The notes under the pieces are model-generated. The model saw only the letters and a program-made list of their open reading frames with translations, had not been told where the DNA came from and did not search any database. This document shows, piece after piece, positions 10,501 through 19,414 of a DNA stretch of 64,000 nt. Position numbers and translations under genes: made by a program. Position 1 is the stretch's first letter; each line of letters begins with the position of its first letter. The DNA comes from a virus: positions 6,047 through 70,046 of the IMG/VR virus record IMGVR_UViG_3300022752_003244; one strand, 5' to 3'.

Positions 10501-12329
10501 GTGGTGCAACTAGTTTTACTAACGGATTAACAGCTAACACGATAAGTGCCACAACATATCAAAACATACCATCACAAAGTGGGACGGGAATATCTGCATT
10601 TGCATACAATGGTTCAACAGGTATTTTAACAATAACCAAAAATGATACAACAACTTTAACCGCAGGAACATTTACATATTTTAGCGCATCAAGTCAATCA
10701 GGTAATGTATTAACATTAACAAAGAATGGTGCAACAACTTCAACATACACACCAAACGCAGCAACAGGTGGAACATACTCAAATGGTGTTATTACATTAG
10801 CGGGTTCGGGTACATTAAGTACAATAACAGGACTTGGTGGTTCAGGTGGTGGAGGACAAGTTTATTTCTTAAACTTATCTAATACACAGACACCATATCA
10901 AGAATTTAGTCCGGTGGCAACAACCGCCACACAACAAACAACGGGAACAAGTATAAGTAGCGGTATTACATCAACACTCGCATCTTTCTTATCACCAGTT
11001 GGTTACCCAAGTGTTAACTTATTACCAGCAGGTATATGGAGTTTTTATTTACATACATATAAAACAAATGTTGGTGATAGTTTTACAACATACGCTCAAG
11101 TATATAAGAGAACATCAGGTGTAACTGGAACTGAAACATTATTATTCTCAACCGACCCAGCAACTGTTGATGGTGTTAATCCAACACCAAGAATGGCGTT
11201 AACAGATGTTTATTATAGTGGTACAAGTTTAGATTTAACTGATAGAATATTGGTTGTAATCAAAGGAACAAATAATGGAACATCAACAAGTACATTAACA
11301 TTAGTTACCGAAGGTTCATTATATTATTCATATGCAACGACAACATTTGGTGGAGGAACACCAATTTATACAACGGGTGGAACTTATAATAACTCCACAG
11401 GTATTTTAACATTTACAAGAACGGACGGAAATACGTATACCGCAGGAACATTTAGTTATTTAACTGCAACAACATTATCTTCAGCAAACGTATTGAGTCA
11501 AACTTTAAATGGTGGAAGTTCAACAACAGTAGGAACAATAAATGCTGTAACGGGTGGTACATATTCGTCAGGAACAATAACATTAAGTGGAACAGGTTCA
11601 GTTAACGGAAATACAATAACAGGATTAAATACGGGTACCGTAACGTCAATTACTTCAGGTACTGGTATGAGCTTTAGTAATATTACAACGTCAGGTTCAG
11701 TATCTATTGATACAACGAAAGTACCTTACTATAGTGGAGGTTTTTCAACGGGATTTGCAAAATATAATGGCTCATCTTGGGTGTTTGATAATAGTACTTA
11801 TTTAACAAATGCCGTTACAGCAACAACATTATCCGCAGCAAACGTATTGAGTGTTACATCAAGTAATGGAAGTCCTACTACCACAACAATAAATGCGGTA
11901 ACAGGAGGTACGTATTCTAATGGTACAATTACGTTAAGCGGTACGGGTTCTGTTAATGGAACACAGATTACCGGATTAAGTACGGGTAGTACAGGAGGTG
12001 CGGGAATTACTTGGAATAACTCAACAACGGCCACTACCGCAACAACAAATAACGGATATGTTGGAACCGCAACAACACTAACAACAATAACATTACCAAC
12101 AGGTGCAACATTTGGTTCTGTAATTGAAGTTGTAGGTACAGGTACAGGTTTATGGAGAATATCACAAAATGCGAATCAATCAATAAAATTTGGTGTGGCA
12201 ACAACGGCAACAGGTGTGGGTGGGTATCTATCCGCAACATCACAATATGATTGTGTTAAACTCTTATGTACGAGTGCAGACACAACATTTGTTGTTACAT
12301 CTGCAATAGGAAATATATTTTACATATAA
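7560..12329 (+). CDS. long tail fibre / fibre-like protein, Ser/Thr/Gly-rich with internal repeats
   Basis: YLPLSGGTVTG and GNVGVNVSNPTNKLHV fibre motifs; 95-aa repeats; C-terminal TITLP...WRISQNANQSI domain. Confidence 0.75.
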   Translation: MSNLFYKNPLTPVQVSSTYTVGRNKPFGTNFSVLGIGGYMEVFNLSNLAFTIPAGQTGNIEISANTIPIHFKKGTGSAFSFDVLTLNSDNISSGRRRLGMLVYVYETNKIYQYTIENYDALWSAATGATGPGGSTVVISDFGTTVKNNTIAGQNFINSWTASTIEGVDGYTNLNATWRELKTGGGSGGTDTYVTGFTLSSNTLTLTQNRSDQYSAFTISLSAYTGSSSTLGAFLPLSGGTVTGNTIFQSGLTANTLNVTGNTLLSGLTATTISATTYYNLPVTADTFITGFTLSSNTITLSQNRLDQYSSFTISLSAYTGSSSTLGAYLPLSGGTVTGNTIFNSGLTANTLNVTGNTLLSGLTAVTISATTYQNLPVTADTFVTGFTLTANTITLSQNRTDGYSSFTISLSAYTGNTSVSGNYLPLSGGTVTGDTIFQSGLTANTLNVTGNTLLSGLTATTISSTTFMGRYAHFGTGTPSPYLRGIHNVEITASGSTIPLVLIGGAGGTEIWIDDTPTKAIWFGASTPGSTSDGNIHFSTYISGQSWQDRIVVDNATGNVGVNVSNPTNKLHVSASSNPLRLVGLTAGTADTNLLSVDGNGVVHTYPLSGLTGNTSTSGAYLPLSGGTVTGNTIFQSGLTANTLNVTGNTLLSGLTATTISATTYYNLPVTADTFVTGFTLSSNTITLTQNRTDSYSSFTISLSAYTGSSSTSGAYLPLSGGTVTGGTIFQSGVTANTISATTYQNLPTDIRVTGGTYTNGTITFTNNTGGTFNVTGLSTGGGGGQVFYLNLSQSKGSNRYLSTTASTASQQTSGVTIASNATSSIASFQSDQLGLTLIPGGIWSFYLHSYKENSNASFDIFVEVYKITSGSSQTLLFQTDPAAVTTNSPNPSMQLTDGYYSGTTLDVTDSIIATVRATNTGNQSHVITLVTEGTQYYSYGISTLPTQQGLTCDTLSGCSIIQTIQTNISNKFDKSGGTVSGATSFTNGLTANTISATTYQNIPSQSGTGISAFAYNGSTGILTITKNDTTTLTAGTFTYFSASSQSGNVLTLTKNGATTSTYTPNAATGGTYSNGVITLAGSGTLSTITGLGGSGGGGQVYFLNLSNTQTPYQEFSPVATTATQQTTGTSISSGITSTLASFLSPVGYPSVNLLPAGIWSFYLHTYKTNVGDSFTTYAQVYKRTSGVTGTETLLFSTDPATVDGVNPTPRMALTDVYYSGTSLDLTDRILVVIKGTNNGTSTSTLTLVTEGSLYYSYATTTFGGGTPIYTTGGTYNNSTGILTFTRTDGNTYTAGTFSYLTATTLSSANVLSQTLNGGSSTTVGTINAVTGGTYSSGTITLSGTGSVNGNTITGLNTGTVTSITSGTGMSFSNITTSGSVSIDTTKVPYYSGGFSTGFAKYNGSSWVFDNSTYLTNAVTATTLSAANVLSVTSSNGSPTTTTINAVTGGTYSNGTITLSGTGSVNGTQITGLSTGSTGGAGITWNNSTTATTATTNNGYVGTATTLTTITLPTGATFGSVIEVVGTGTGLWRISQNANQSIKFGVATTATGVGGYLSATSQYDCVKLLCTSADTTFVVTSAIGNIFYI
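8127..9800 (+). repeat. 95-aa (285-bp) module repeated inside the fibre gene
   Basis: DT(Y/F)(V/I)TGFTL starts at about 8127, 8412, 8697 (285-bp period) and again at about 9576. Confidence 0.9.
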
Positions 12330-12330
12330 T

Positions 12331-13326
12331 ATGGCATTAATTAATAGTATAAACGAAGTCACTGACGTTCAAATATTTTCCGCAGCAGGAACGACAACTT
12401 GGGTAAAACCAACGGGGGTTAAATTCGTTTATGTTGAATGTATTGGCGGAGGTGGTGGTGGAGGTGCGGGTCAAGCAGCCGCAGTTGGGACCGCAAAGGG
12501 AGGTGGTGCCGGTGGCGGTGGAGGTGCAATATCTAAAAGATTTTATTCCGCATCGGATTTGTCATCATCGGAACCTATTACCGTAGCATCCGGTGGTACC
12601 GGTGCTATCGTAGCAGGCGCAAATACTCTTGGAGCATCAGGTGGGAACTCAACATTTAGTTCGGGAACCACTTTATTAACCGCATTTGGCGGAGGAGGAG
12701 GTCTCGGTAATGGATATGCTTCCGGTTGTGGTGGAGGAGGTGGTGGTGGAACCGCAAGTGCGGGAGGTGTTGGTGCCTCGACAGGAGGTGGTTCTGGAGG
12801 AAACCCTGCCGGAGCAATAAGAGCAACAATTGCATTTGCCATTGGTGGCTCAGGGGGTGGAGGTTCAGTTCAAAGTGCAATTGACGGAGCGTCCGCAGAA
12901 TACGGCGGTGGAGGTGCAGGCGGTAGAACTAATACCCTTGCAACATCTACCGGCAGAGGAGGTGGTTCTATATATGGTGGAGGTGGAGGTGGATTAGGAG
13001 GTTCTTGGAATAATACCGGACCTGTATATTATCAACCAACAAATGGAGGTGCGTCGGGAACATATTCTGCGGGTACGGGAGGGTTGTCAGGTACAAGTGC
13101 TGATACCCCAACATCAGGACAAACAGGAACAAGTAGAGTTGGATACGGTTGTGGAGATGGCGGTGGAGGTGGTGGTGCGTCAAACACCACAAAAGGTGCT
13201 AACGGCGGAAATGGTGGAGTACCCGGCGGAGGTGGTGGAGGCGGTGGTGGAGGAGCACCTTTAACCACAGGTTTTGGTAATGGTGGAAATGGTGGTATAG
13301 GTGAAATTAGAGTTTATTCTTGGTAA
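12331..13326 (+). CDS. glycine-rich fibre tip / adhesin-like protein, copy 1
   Basis: TWVKPTGVKFVYVECIGGGGGG ... GGIGEIRVYSW; poly-Gly tracts. Confidence 0.75.
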   Translation: MALINSINEVTDVQIFSAAGTTTWVKPTGVKFVYVECIGGGGGGGAGQAAAVGTAKGGGAGGGGGAISKRFYSASDLSSSEPITVASGGTGAIVAGANTLGASGGNSTFSSGTTLLTAFGGGGGLGNGYASGCGGGGGGGTASAGGVGASTGGGSGGNPAGAIRATIAFAIGGSGGGGSVQSAIDGASAEYGGGGAGGRTNTLATSTGRGGGSIYGGGGGGLGGSWNNTGPVYYQPTNGGASGTYSAGTGGLSGTSADTPTSGQTGTSRVGYGCGDGGGGGGASNTTKGANGGNGGVPGGGGGGGGGGAPLTTGFGNGGNGGIGEIRVYSW

Positions 13327-13338
13327 AAAAAATATTAT

Positions 13339-14328
13339 ATGGCAATAATTAACGCAATAAATGAGGTTACGGATGTTAAAATATATACAGGTGGAACAAC
13401 TACTTGGATAAAACCCACAGGTTGTAAATTTGTATATGTTATATGTATTGGTGGTGGTGGTGGAGGTGCCGGTGGATACGCCATACCGAATGGGGGTGTT
13501 GGTGGTTATGGTGGTTCAGGTGGAGGGGGTGGTTCTATTGTCTCTAAAATGTTTTCCGCATCTGACTTACCCTCATCAATACCCTTAACAGTATCATCAG
13601 GTGGTACTGCGGGTACAGGGGGAGGTCAAGCGGCAGGAGTTACTCTAACGCAAGGAGGAATCGGTGGGAACTCAACATTTGGAACCGGCTCAACAATTTA
13701 TTTAACCGGATATGGTGGTGGTGGAGGGTTTGGTGTGGGTGATAACGCACAATCAAATGGTTCGGGGGGTTCAGGCGCTGGAACAGGTTCCGCAGGTAAT
13801 AACGGTAGTGCCGCAAATCAATCGGGTGGTTTTCCGGGTGCAAGTAGTTTTGTTGGAAATGCTGGACAAGGGGGAGCATCATCAATAACCGTAAACGGCG
13901 GTCTTGCCGAACATGGTGGCGGTGGGGGTGGAGGTCATAGTACCGCAGGAACAACATTCAGTGGAGGTGGTTCTTTATATGGTGGAGGTGGTGGTGGTTG
14001 TGGGGGCTCGCAAGCCTCAGGTGTATTATCCGCACCAAGTAACGGGGGTGCCTCAGGAACATATGTTGCGGCGACGGGTGGTGCTGCAGGTGTTGGGGGT
14101 ATATCACCCACATCAGGTACAACGGGTAGTAATGGTTCAGGTAGTATATTAGGTAGTGGTGGTGGTGGAGGGGGAGGAACGTTAACTGTCGGCGTTAAAG
14201 GTGCAAATGGTGGTAATGGTGGAATTCCCGGAGGAGGCGGAGGAGGGGGTGGAAATGGTACGGATACAAATGTCGGAGGTAATGGTGGTGCCGGTGGTAG
14301 AGGAGAAATAAGAGTTTATTCTTGGTAA
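13339..14328 (+). CDS. glycine-rich fibre tip / adhesin-like protein, copy 2
   Basis: Same termini as copy 1 (TWIKPTGCKFVYVICIGG; GGRGEIRVYSW). Confidence 0.75.
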   Translation: MAIINAINEVTDVKIYTGGTTTWIKPTGCKFVYVICIGGGGGGAGGYAIPNGGVGGYGGSGGGGGSIVSKMFSASDLPSSIPLTVSSGGTAGTGGGQAAGVTLTQGGIGGNSTFGTGSTIYLTGYGGGGGFGVGDNAQSNGSGGSGAGTGSAGNNGSAANQSGGFPGASSFVGNAGQGGASSITVNGGLAEHGGGGGGGHSTAGTTFSGGGSLYGGGGGGCGGSQASGVLSAPSNGGASGTYVAATGGAAGVGGISPTSGTTGSNGSGSILGSGGGGGGGTLTVGVKGANGGNGGIPGGGGGGGGNGTDTNVGGNGGAGGRGEIRVYSW

Positions 14329-14339
14329 AAAATTAAAAT

Positions 14340-15350
14340 ATGGCAATTAATAATATTATAAATGAAGTTAGTAATGTTCAGGTTTTTACCGGAACAGGTG
14401 TAAATACTTGGACTAAACCTACGGGATGTAAATTTGTATATGTGGTTTGCGTAGGTGGTGGAGGTGGTGGTGGTGGCGGACCTACAGCATCTTTAGGGGT
14501 TTTAAGATTTGGAGGTGCCGGTGGTGGGGGCGGAGCATATTCACAAAGATTATATTCGGCATCACAACTTGGGGCAACAGAACAAGTTATTGTAGGTTCA
14601 GGAGGAACTGCGGGTTTAGGTGCAACAGTATCTTCGGGAGATACAACCGACGGAGGGGTTGGGGGTAGTTCAACATTTAGTTCGGGTAATAATTTATTAA
14701 TCTCATATGGCGGTGGCGGTGGAAACCGTGGTTATATTGTTGCAACCTCAGTATTCTCAAGTGGAGGAGGTGGAGGTGGTACGGCAAGTTCCGGTAGTTC
14801 AACTACAGGGTCAACTAACAGTGGGTTAGGTACTTTTGGTGGTGGTTTTCCAGGTACGGCAAGTAATACCGCAATAGGAGGTCAAGGAGGGTCTTATGCG
14901 GGGGTAGCAAACACATCGGGTAATGCCGAATATGGTGGTGCCAGCGGTGCCGGAAAGGGAGCGTCAAACGCAGGACCATCTGGAGGCAGTTCAATTCACG
15001 GAGGTGGGGGAGGCGGTAAAGGAGGTGGTGCGGACGCCGCAAATGCAACATCTGTGGCAACCTCAGGTGGTATATCAGGTTCATATACCGCAGGTAACGG
15101 GGGAGCTGCGGGTACAACAGGTACCGTTCCTACATCGGGAGGAAACGGAACCGATGGAAATTCGGTCAAATGCGGTTTTGGTGGTGGAGGTGGTGGTGGA
15201 ACCTCAACCGCGAGTACATCAGGCGGAAATGGTGGAAATGGGGGTTCTCCCGGTGGTGGCGGCGGAGGTGGTGGCGCAGGAACAAGTACAGGAACAGGTG
15301 GAAATGGAGGTTCAGGAGGTAGAGGTCAAGTGTGGGTTTATTCTTGGTAA
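14340..15350 (+). CDS. glycine-rich fibre tip / adhesin-like protein, copy 3
   Basis: Same termini (TWTKPTGCKFVYVVCVGG; GGRGQVWVYSW). Confidence 0.75.
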   Translation: MAINNIINEVSNVQVFTGTGVNTWTKPTGCKFVYVVCVGGGGGGGGGPTASLGVLRFGGAGGGGGAYSQRLYSASQLGATEQVIVGSGGTAGLGATVSSGDTTDGGVGGSSTFSSGNNLLISYGGGGGNRGYIVATSVFSSGGGGGGTASSGSSTTGSTNSGLGTFGGGFPGTASNTAIGGQGGSYAGVANTSGNAEYGGASGAGKGASNAGPSGGSSIHGGGGGGKGGGADAANATSVATSGGISGSYTAGNGGAAGTTGTVPTSGGNGTDGNSVKCGFGGGGGGGTSTASTSGGNGGNGGSPGGGGGGGGAGTSTGTGGNGGSGGRGQVWVYSW

Positions 15351-15374
15351 TAAAATATTTATAAAATTAAAATT

Positions 15375-15689
15375 ATGTCAACTTATTTAAAAATAAAACC
15401 GGTATATTCTGTGTCGACAGATGTTTATCCATATGCAAATGCTATTATGTGGACTTGTAATGATTTATATAGAAATGCAACTACCGCAAAATTAAATTGT
15501 GATTTAGTCAATATAACAGTAAAAACTGAAATAGATAATGAGGGTAATACAATAACTTATGATTACATATCACCATCATTGTTAGGTTTTGAAATGAAAC
15601 TTCCTTATGATATTTTGGAGGCTTGGGGACCTGATAGCGTTATTGATGATTTTGTATTAACATATTCTCCGGAGTTTGAAAGAGAATAA
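15375..15689 (+). CDS. hypothetical protein (possible fibre chaperone)
   Basis: 104-aa acidic ORF after the fibre genes; TATTTAT at 15356. Confidence 0.6.
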   Translation: MSTYLKIKPVYSVSTDVYPYANAIMWTCNDLYRNATTAKLNCDLVNITVKTEIDNEGNTITYDYISPSLLGFEMKLPYDILEAWGPDSVIDDFVLTYSPEFERE

Positions 15690-15728
15690 ATTTTTACATT
15701 TCAAACTATTTATATAAAAATTAATATT

Positions 15729-16007
15729 ATGAAACAATTAAAATGGTTAGTTGGAATGTTTTTTATGATTGGGATGCCGTTCCCATTACTTGTCCCAGAC
15801 GTTCACCAATGGTGGTTTGGATTTATGGGATTATTATCTGCGTTTATTGGTAGTGGAATAACATTTGGTTTTTCAGGATATAAAGTGGGACCAAAAAAGA
15901 TTGGTAATTTAGATGGAAAAACCGAACCAATGATTAATCAAGTATGGATGATGTTTTTTATTAGTGCACTTGTTAATTTGTTATGGGCATCATCTTACAT
16001 AAATTAA
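15729..16007 (+). CDS. small membrane protein
   Basis: Three hydrophobic segments; TATTTAT at 15707. Confidence 0.65.
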   Translation: MKQLKWLVGMFFMIGMPFPLLVPDVHQWWFGFMGLLSAFIGSGITFGFSGYKVGPKKIGNLDGKTEPMINQVWMMFFISALVNLLWASSYIN

Positions 16008-16026
16008 AACAAACACTTTACACATT

Positions 16027-16242
16027 ATGAAACATATTGATAAACTTTATCATTTCTTTGCAGGAATAATGATATACATATTTTTTAATTTATTTTTAGA
16101 AAATTATTATTCAATAATACCAGTTATAATAATTGGTGCCGGAAAGGAGATATATGATTTTTATTCAAAAAAAGGAACTCCGGATTGGTGGGATTTTATA
16201 TGGACGGTAATTGGGGGAATTATCGCAATGATTTGTCTTTAA
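16027..16242 (+). CDS. small membrane protein (DKxxHF...KExxD...DxxD type)
   Basis: DKLYHFFAG, GKEIYD and DWWD motifs with hydrophobic helices. Confidence 0.65.
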   Translation: MKHIDKLYHFFAGIMIYIFFNLFLENYYSIIPVIIIGAGKEIYDFYSKKGTPDWWDFIWTVIGGIIAMICL

Positions 16243-16301
16243 ATTTTTAATAGAGAAAAATATTTCACATAAACGATATATTTATAATAAAACTTACAAC
16301 T

Positions 16302-16511
16302 ATGGCATGTAGCAAATATAATTTAGTAAACACGGGAACAACCATCGCTTATTTCTCATATAGAAAATGTGACGATAGTTCTTGGCAATATCAAGTTAAA
16401 CTGGAGACAAACCAAACAAAAAATATATGGTTACTTAATAACACATATTCAACCGCATTCTCAGATTCAATTGTGTTAACCGACTTAGGAGCATTTGCAG
16501 AAACAAATTAA
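16302..16511 (+). CDS. small hypothetical beta-rich protein
   Basis: 69-aa ORF with its own TATTTAT (16279) and a downstream terminator. Confidence 0.6.
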   Translation: MACSKYNLVNTGTTIAYFSYRKCDDSSWQYQVKLETNQTKNIWLLNNTYSTAFSDSIVLTDLGAFAETN

Positions 16512-16531
16512 AAAAAAATAAAAATTTTTAT

Positions 16532-16562
16532 AAAAGCCCTCCACTTATCCGGAGGGTTTTTT
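16532..16562 (+). terminator. Rho-independent terminator
   Basis: AAAAGCCCTCC-loop-GGAGGGTTTT plus T-run. Confidence 0.75.
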
Positions 16563-16588
16563 ATTATTTGGATAAATAAAATTCAAAT

Positions 16589-17857
16589 ATGAGTAAAATA
16601 TTTATTCAAATTGCGTCTTATAGAGACCCGCAATTAGTACCAACAATTAAAGATATGTTGGCGAACGCAAAAAAACCTAAAAATTTAGTTTTCAGTATTG
16701 CAAGACAATTCTCCGAAGATGATGATTTTGATAATCTAGACGAATTTAGAAACGACAAAAGATTTAAAATCTTAGATATTCCACACTTGGAATCGAATGG
16801 AGTTTGTTGGGCGAGAAATTTAACCCAACAATTATATAACGGAGAAGAATATACCCTTCAAATTGATTCTCATATGAGAACAGTTAAAGATTGGGATGAT
16901 ATTCTTATTAAAATGATTAAGGGTCTTCAAAAGGACGGTTATCCAAAACCTTTACTTACGGGTTATGTTCCGTCCTTTGACCCCGACAATGACCCTGCAG
17001 GTAGAGCTCAGGAACCATGGAGAATGGTATTCGATAGATTCATTCCTGAAGGTGCAGTATTCTTCTTACCTGAAACAATACCGGGTTGGGAAACAATTAA
17101 AAAACCCGTAACCGCAAGATTTTATTCGGCTCACTTTTGTTTTACATTAGGACAATTTTCAACCGAGGTTCAACACAACCCGGAATATTATTTCCACGGA
17201 GAAGAGATTTCAATCGCGGCAAGAGCATACACATGGGGTTATGATTTATTTCACCCACATATTCCGGTTATTTATCACGAATATACTCGTAAGGGTAGAA
17301 CAAAGCAGTGGGATGATGATAGAAAGTGGGGTGAAAAAAATAGCCGTTCACACCTTTTAAATAGAAAATTATTTGGTATGGACGGTGAAACTCAAGAAGG
17401 TCACGACGGACCTTATGGTTTTGGACCAAACAGAACATTAAGAGATTATGAAATTTATTCAGGATTGTTATTCGAAAAAAGAGCAATTCAAAAATATACT
17501 CAAGATAAAAACTATCCTCCTAACCCATACGATTATAAAAACGAAGAGGAGTGGAAAAAGGACTTCATGTCAATATATAAGCATTGTATAGATGTTGGAT
17601 ATTCTCAAGTACCTGAAAAAGATTATGATTTTTGGGTGGTAGCGTTTCATGGTAATAATGATGAAACTCTTTACAGAAAGGACTCAGACAAAAATGAAAT
17701 TAATGGTTATTTTAGAGACCCTGATGGATATTGTAAAGTATGGCGTGAATTCCAAACAGATGAATTACCAAAGTATTGGGTTGTTTGGCCTCACTCTGAA
17801 ACCAAAGGTTGGTGCGAAAGAATAACAGGAGAATTAAACCACAATATAATTAGTTAA
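16589..17857 (+). CDS. GT60-like UDP-GlcNAc:polypeptide GlcNAc transferase
   Basis: IFIQIASYRDPQL, GVCWAR, LQIDSH, FHGEE..IAARAYTWGYDLF, IYHEY match the Gnt1/GT60 pattern. Confidence 0.8.
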   Translation: MSKIFIQIASYRDPQLVPTIKDMLANAKKPKNLVFSIARQFSEDDDFDNLDEFRNDKRFKILDIPHLESNGVCWARNLTQQLYNGEEYTLQIDSHMRTVKDWDDILIKMIKGLQKDGYPKPLLTGYVPSFDPDNDPAGRAQEPWRMVFDRFIPEGAVFFLPETIPGWETIKKPVTARFYSAHFCFTLGQFSTEVQHNPEYYFHGEEISIAARAYTWGYDLFHPHIPVIYHEYTRKGRTKQWDDDRKWGEKNSRSHLLNRKLFGMDGETQEGHDGPYGFGPNRTLRDYEIYSGLLFEKRAIQKYTQDKNYPPNPYDYKNEEEWKKDFMSIYKHCIDVGYSQVPEKDYDFWVVAFHGNNDETLYRKDSDKNEINGYFRDPDGYCKVWREFQTDELPKYWVVWPHSETKGWCERITGELNHNIIS

Positions 17858-18744
17858 TGAAATCAATAATACAACATAATTTTACGTCCGGTCTCGGAGA
17901 TTTTTTTTCTGACGTATCACATTATTTAAGTATTTTTAAACCGTTAAAGGAAATGGGGTATGAAATACATCTTAAAATTTCATTACGTGGGAATAAATAT
18001 ACCAACGGTCCTTTTTTTGGTAAGTTGTTTGACGAAGAGACAATTAATTTTTTTGATTCAATAGAAGAAACCGACCAAACAATTGGTGAATTAGAATTTG
18101 AGGGTTGTAAATATCACTCCTCAAATCATAATCCTCAATTACCAGGATATCACCATTTTGATGTTTTTTTTGATGTTGCGCCGGATAGTTTTAATTATTA
18201 TGGTTACGACGCACAGAAAGCTCACTCTATTAATTTAATCCCTGATGTTTTACCAAAACTAAATAAAGTTGTGTTGGATAAGATAGATTCGTTTAGATTA
18301 AACTTACCGGAAGATTATTTTTTCTTACATATAAGAACATCAGATATTATAGATGGTAATACCGAAAGATATGATAAAATCATAAATAATGTTAAAACCT
18401 ACATAGAAGAAACAAATTGTACTTTTCATTTAGGCACAAATAATAAACATATTTATAATAATTTAAAAAATTATAGAAATATTGTTGTTTATAATTTTCC
18501 AAATTATGAGTTGATTAACAACGACCAAAACGCATTTATTAATGATTATACAGGTAAAAACACAAATAACGAACTTTTAACTGAAAGAATGTTAGATATT
18601 TGCTCTGAGATGTGCTCTATAAAAAACGCATCTAAAATATATTTTATCCACGATGTTGGTTGGGTTTCTAATTTTTTATTTTATTCATTATGTATGAGAA
18701 AAAACAAAATTGAATTAATTAACAAAAATATTTGGGGGATTTAA
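17857..18744 (+). CDS. putative fucosyltransferase-like glycosyltransferase (GT11/GT23/O-FucT superfamily)
   Basis: N-terminal GLGD, HIRTSD (HxRxxD motif) and C-terminal SNF motif. Confidence 0.6.
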   Translation: MKSIIQHNFTSGLGDFFSDVSHYLSIFKPLKEMGYEIHLKISLRGNKYTNGPFFGKLFDEETINFFDSIEETDQTIGELEFEGCKYHSSNHNPQLPGYHHFDVFFDVAPDSFNYYGYDAQKAHSINLIPDVLPKLNKVVLDKIDSFRLNLPEDYFFLHIRTSDIIDGNTERYDKIINNVKTYIEETNCTFHLGTNNKHIYNNLKNYRNIVVYNFPNYELINNDQNAFINDYTGKNTNNELLTERMLDICSEMCSIKNASKIYFIHDVGWVSNFLFYSLCMRKNKIELINKNIWGI

Positions 18745-18756
18745 ATTACATTTAAA

Positions 18757-19395
18757 ATGAAAAAAATAATTAGTTTTTCTTTATATGGTACTCACCCAAA
18801 ATATACAAATGGAATGATTTGTAATGTTGAATTGGCTAAGATAATTTATCCCGAATGGATTTGTAGAATTTATTATGGGGTATCAGTACCGGAATCCGTA
18901 ATTGAAATATTAAAATCATATGAAAATACCGAAATGGTTTTAATGGATGAGAGTGAAAACGGAATATTTCCAATGGTGTGGAGATTCTTAGCAATTGACG
19001 ATGATGATGTTGAAATTATGTTGTCTAGAGATGCTGATAGTAGATTATCTTTCCGAGAAAAAAAATGTGTCGATATTTTTATTGAATCTAACAAACTATT
19101 ACATTCAATAAGAGATAATGAAAATCATACAGATGTTATGGGTGGTATGTGGGGAATAAAAAAAAATGATAGAGTTAAAATAAAAAATCTAATTGATAAT
19201 AGTATTTGTAACCACTATGACTGTGACCAACATTTTTTAAGAGGTTTAATAAAACCAAATTTTGAAGACTCATTGTTGACACACTGTTCCGTTTTTTTAA
19301 ATAATTTCCCAATAGAAAAGGAAAATAATTTTTTTGTTGGGGGATGGTGGTATGAGGATAATTTTGGGTTCCCCTTTAATCATGTTTTCTTTTAA
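18757..19395 (+). CDS. putative glycosyltransferase-like protein
   Basis: IISFSLYG, WRF, SRDADSR (DxD), GGMWG; inside the GT cluster. Confidence 0.55.
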   Translation: MKKIISFSLYGTHPKYTNGMICNVELAKIIYPEWICRIYYGVSVPESVIEILKSYENTEMVLMDESENGIFPMVWRFLAIDDDDVEIMLSRDADSRLSFREKKCVDIFIESNKLLHSIRDNENHTDVMGGMWGIKKNDRVKIKNLIDNSICNHYDCDQHFLRGLIKPNFEDSLLTHCSVFLNNFPIEKENNFFVGGWWYEDNFGFPFNHVFF

Positions 19396-19414
19396 TAAAA
19401 AAATATAAAATATT

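Noticed and set aside
12331-15350. Diversity-generating retroelement TR/VR pairs or an invertible shufflon
   Set aside because: No reverse transcriptase or recombinase in the window; copies are direct, full-length genes differing at all bases and by indels, not only at adenines
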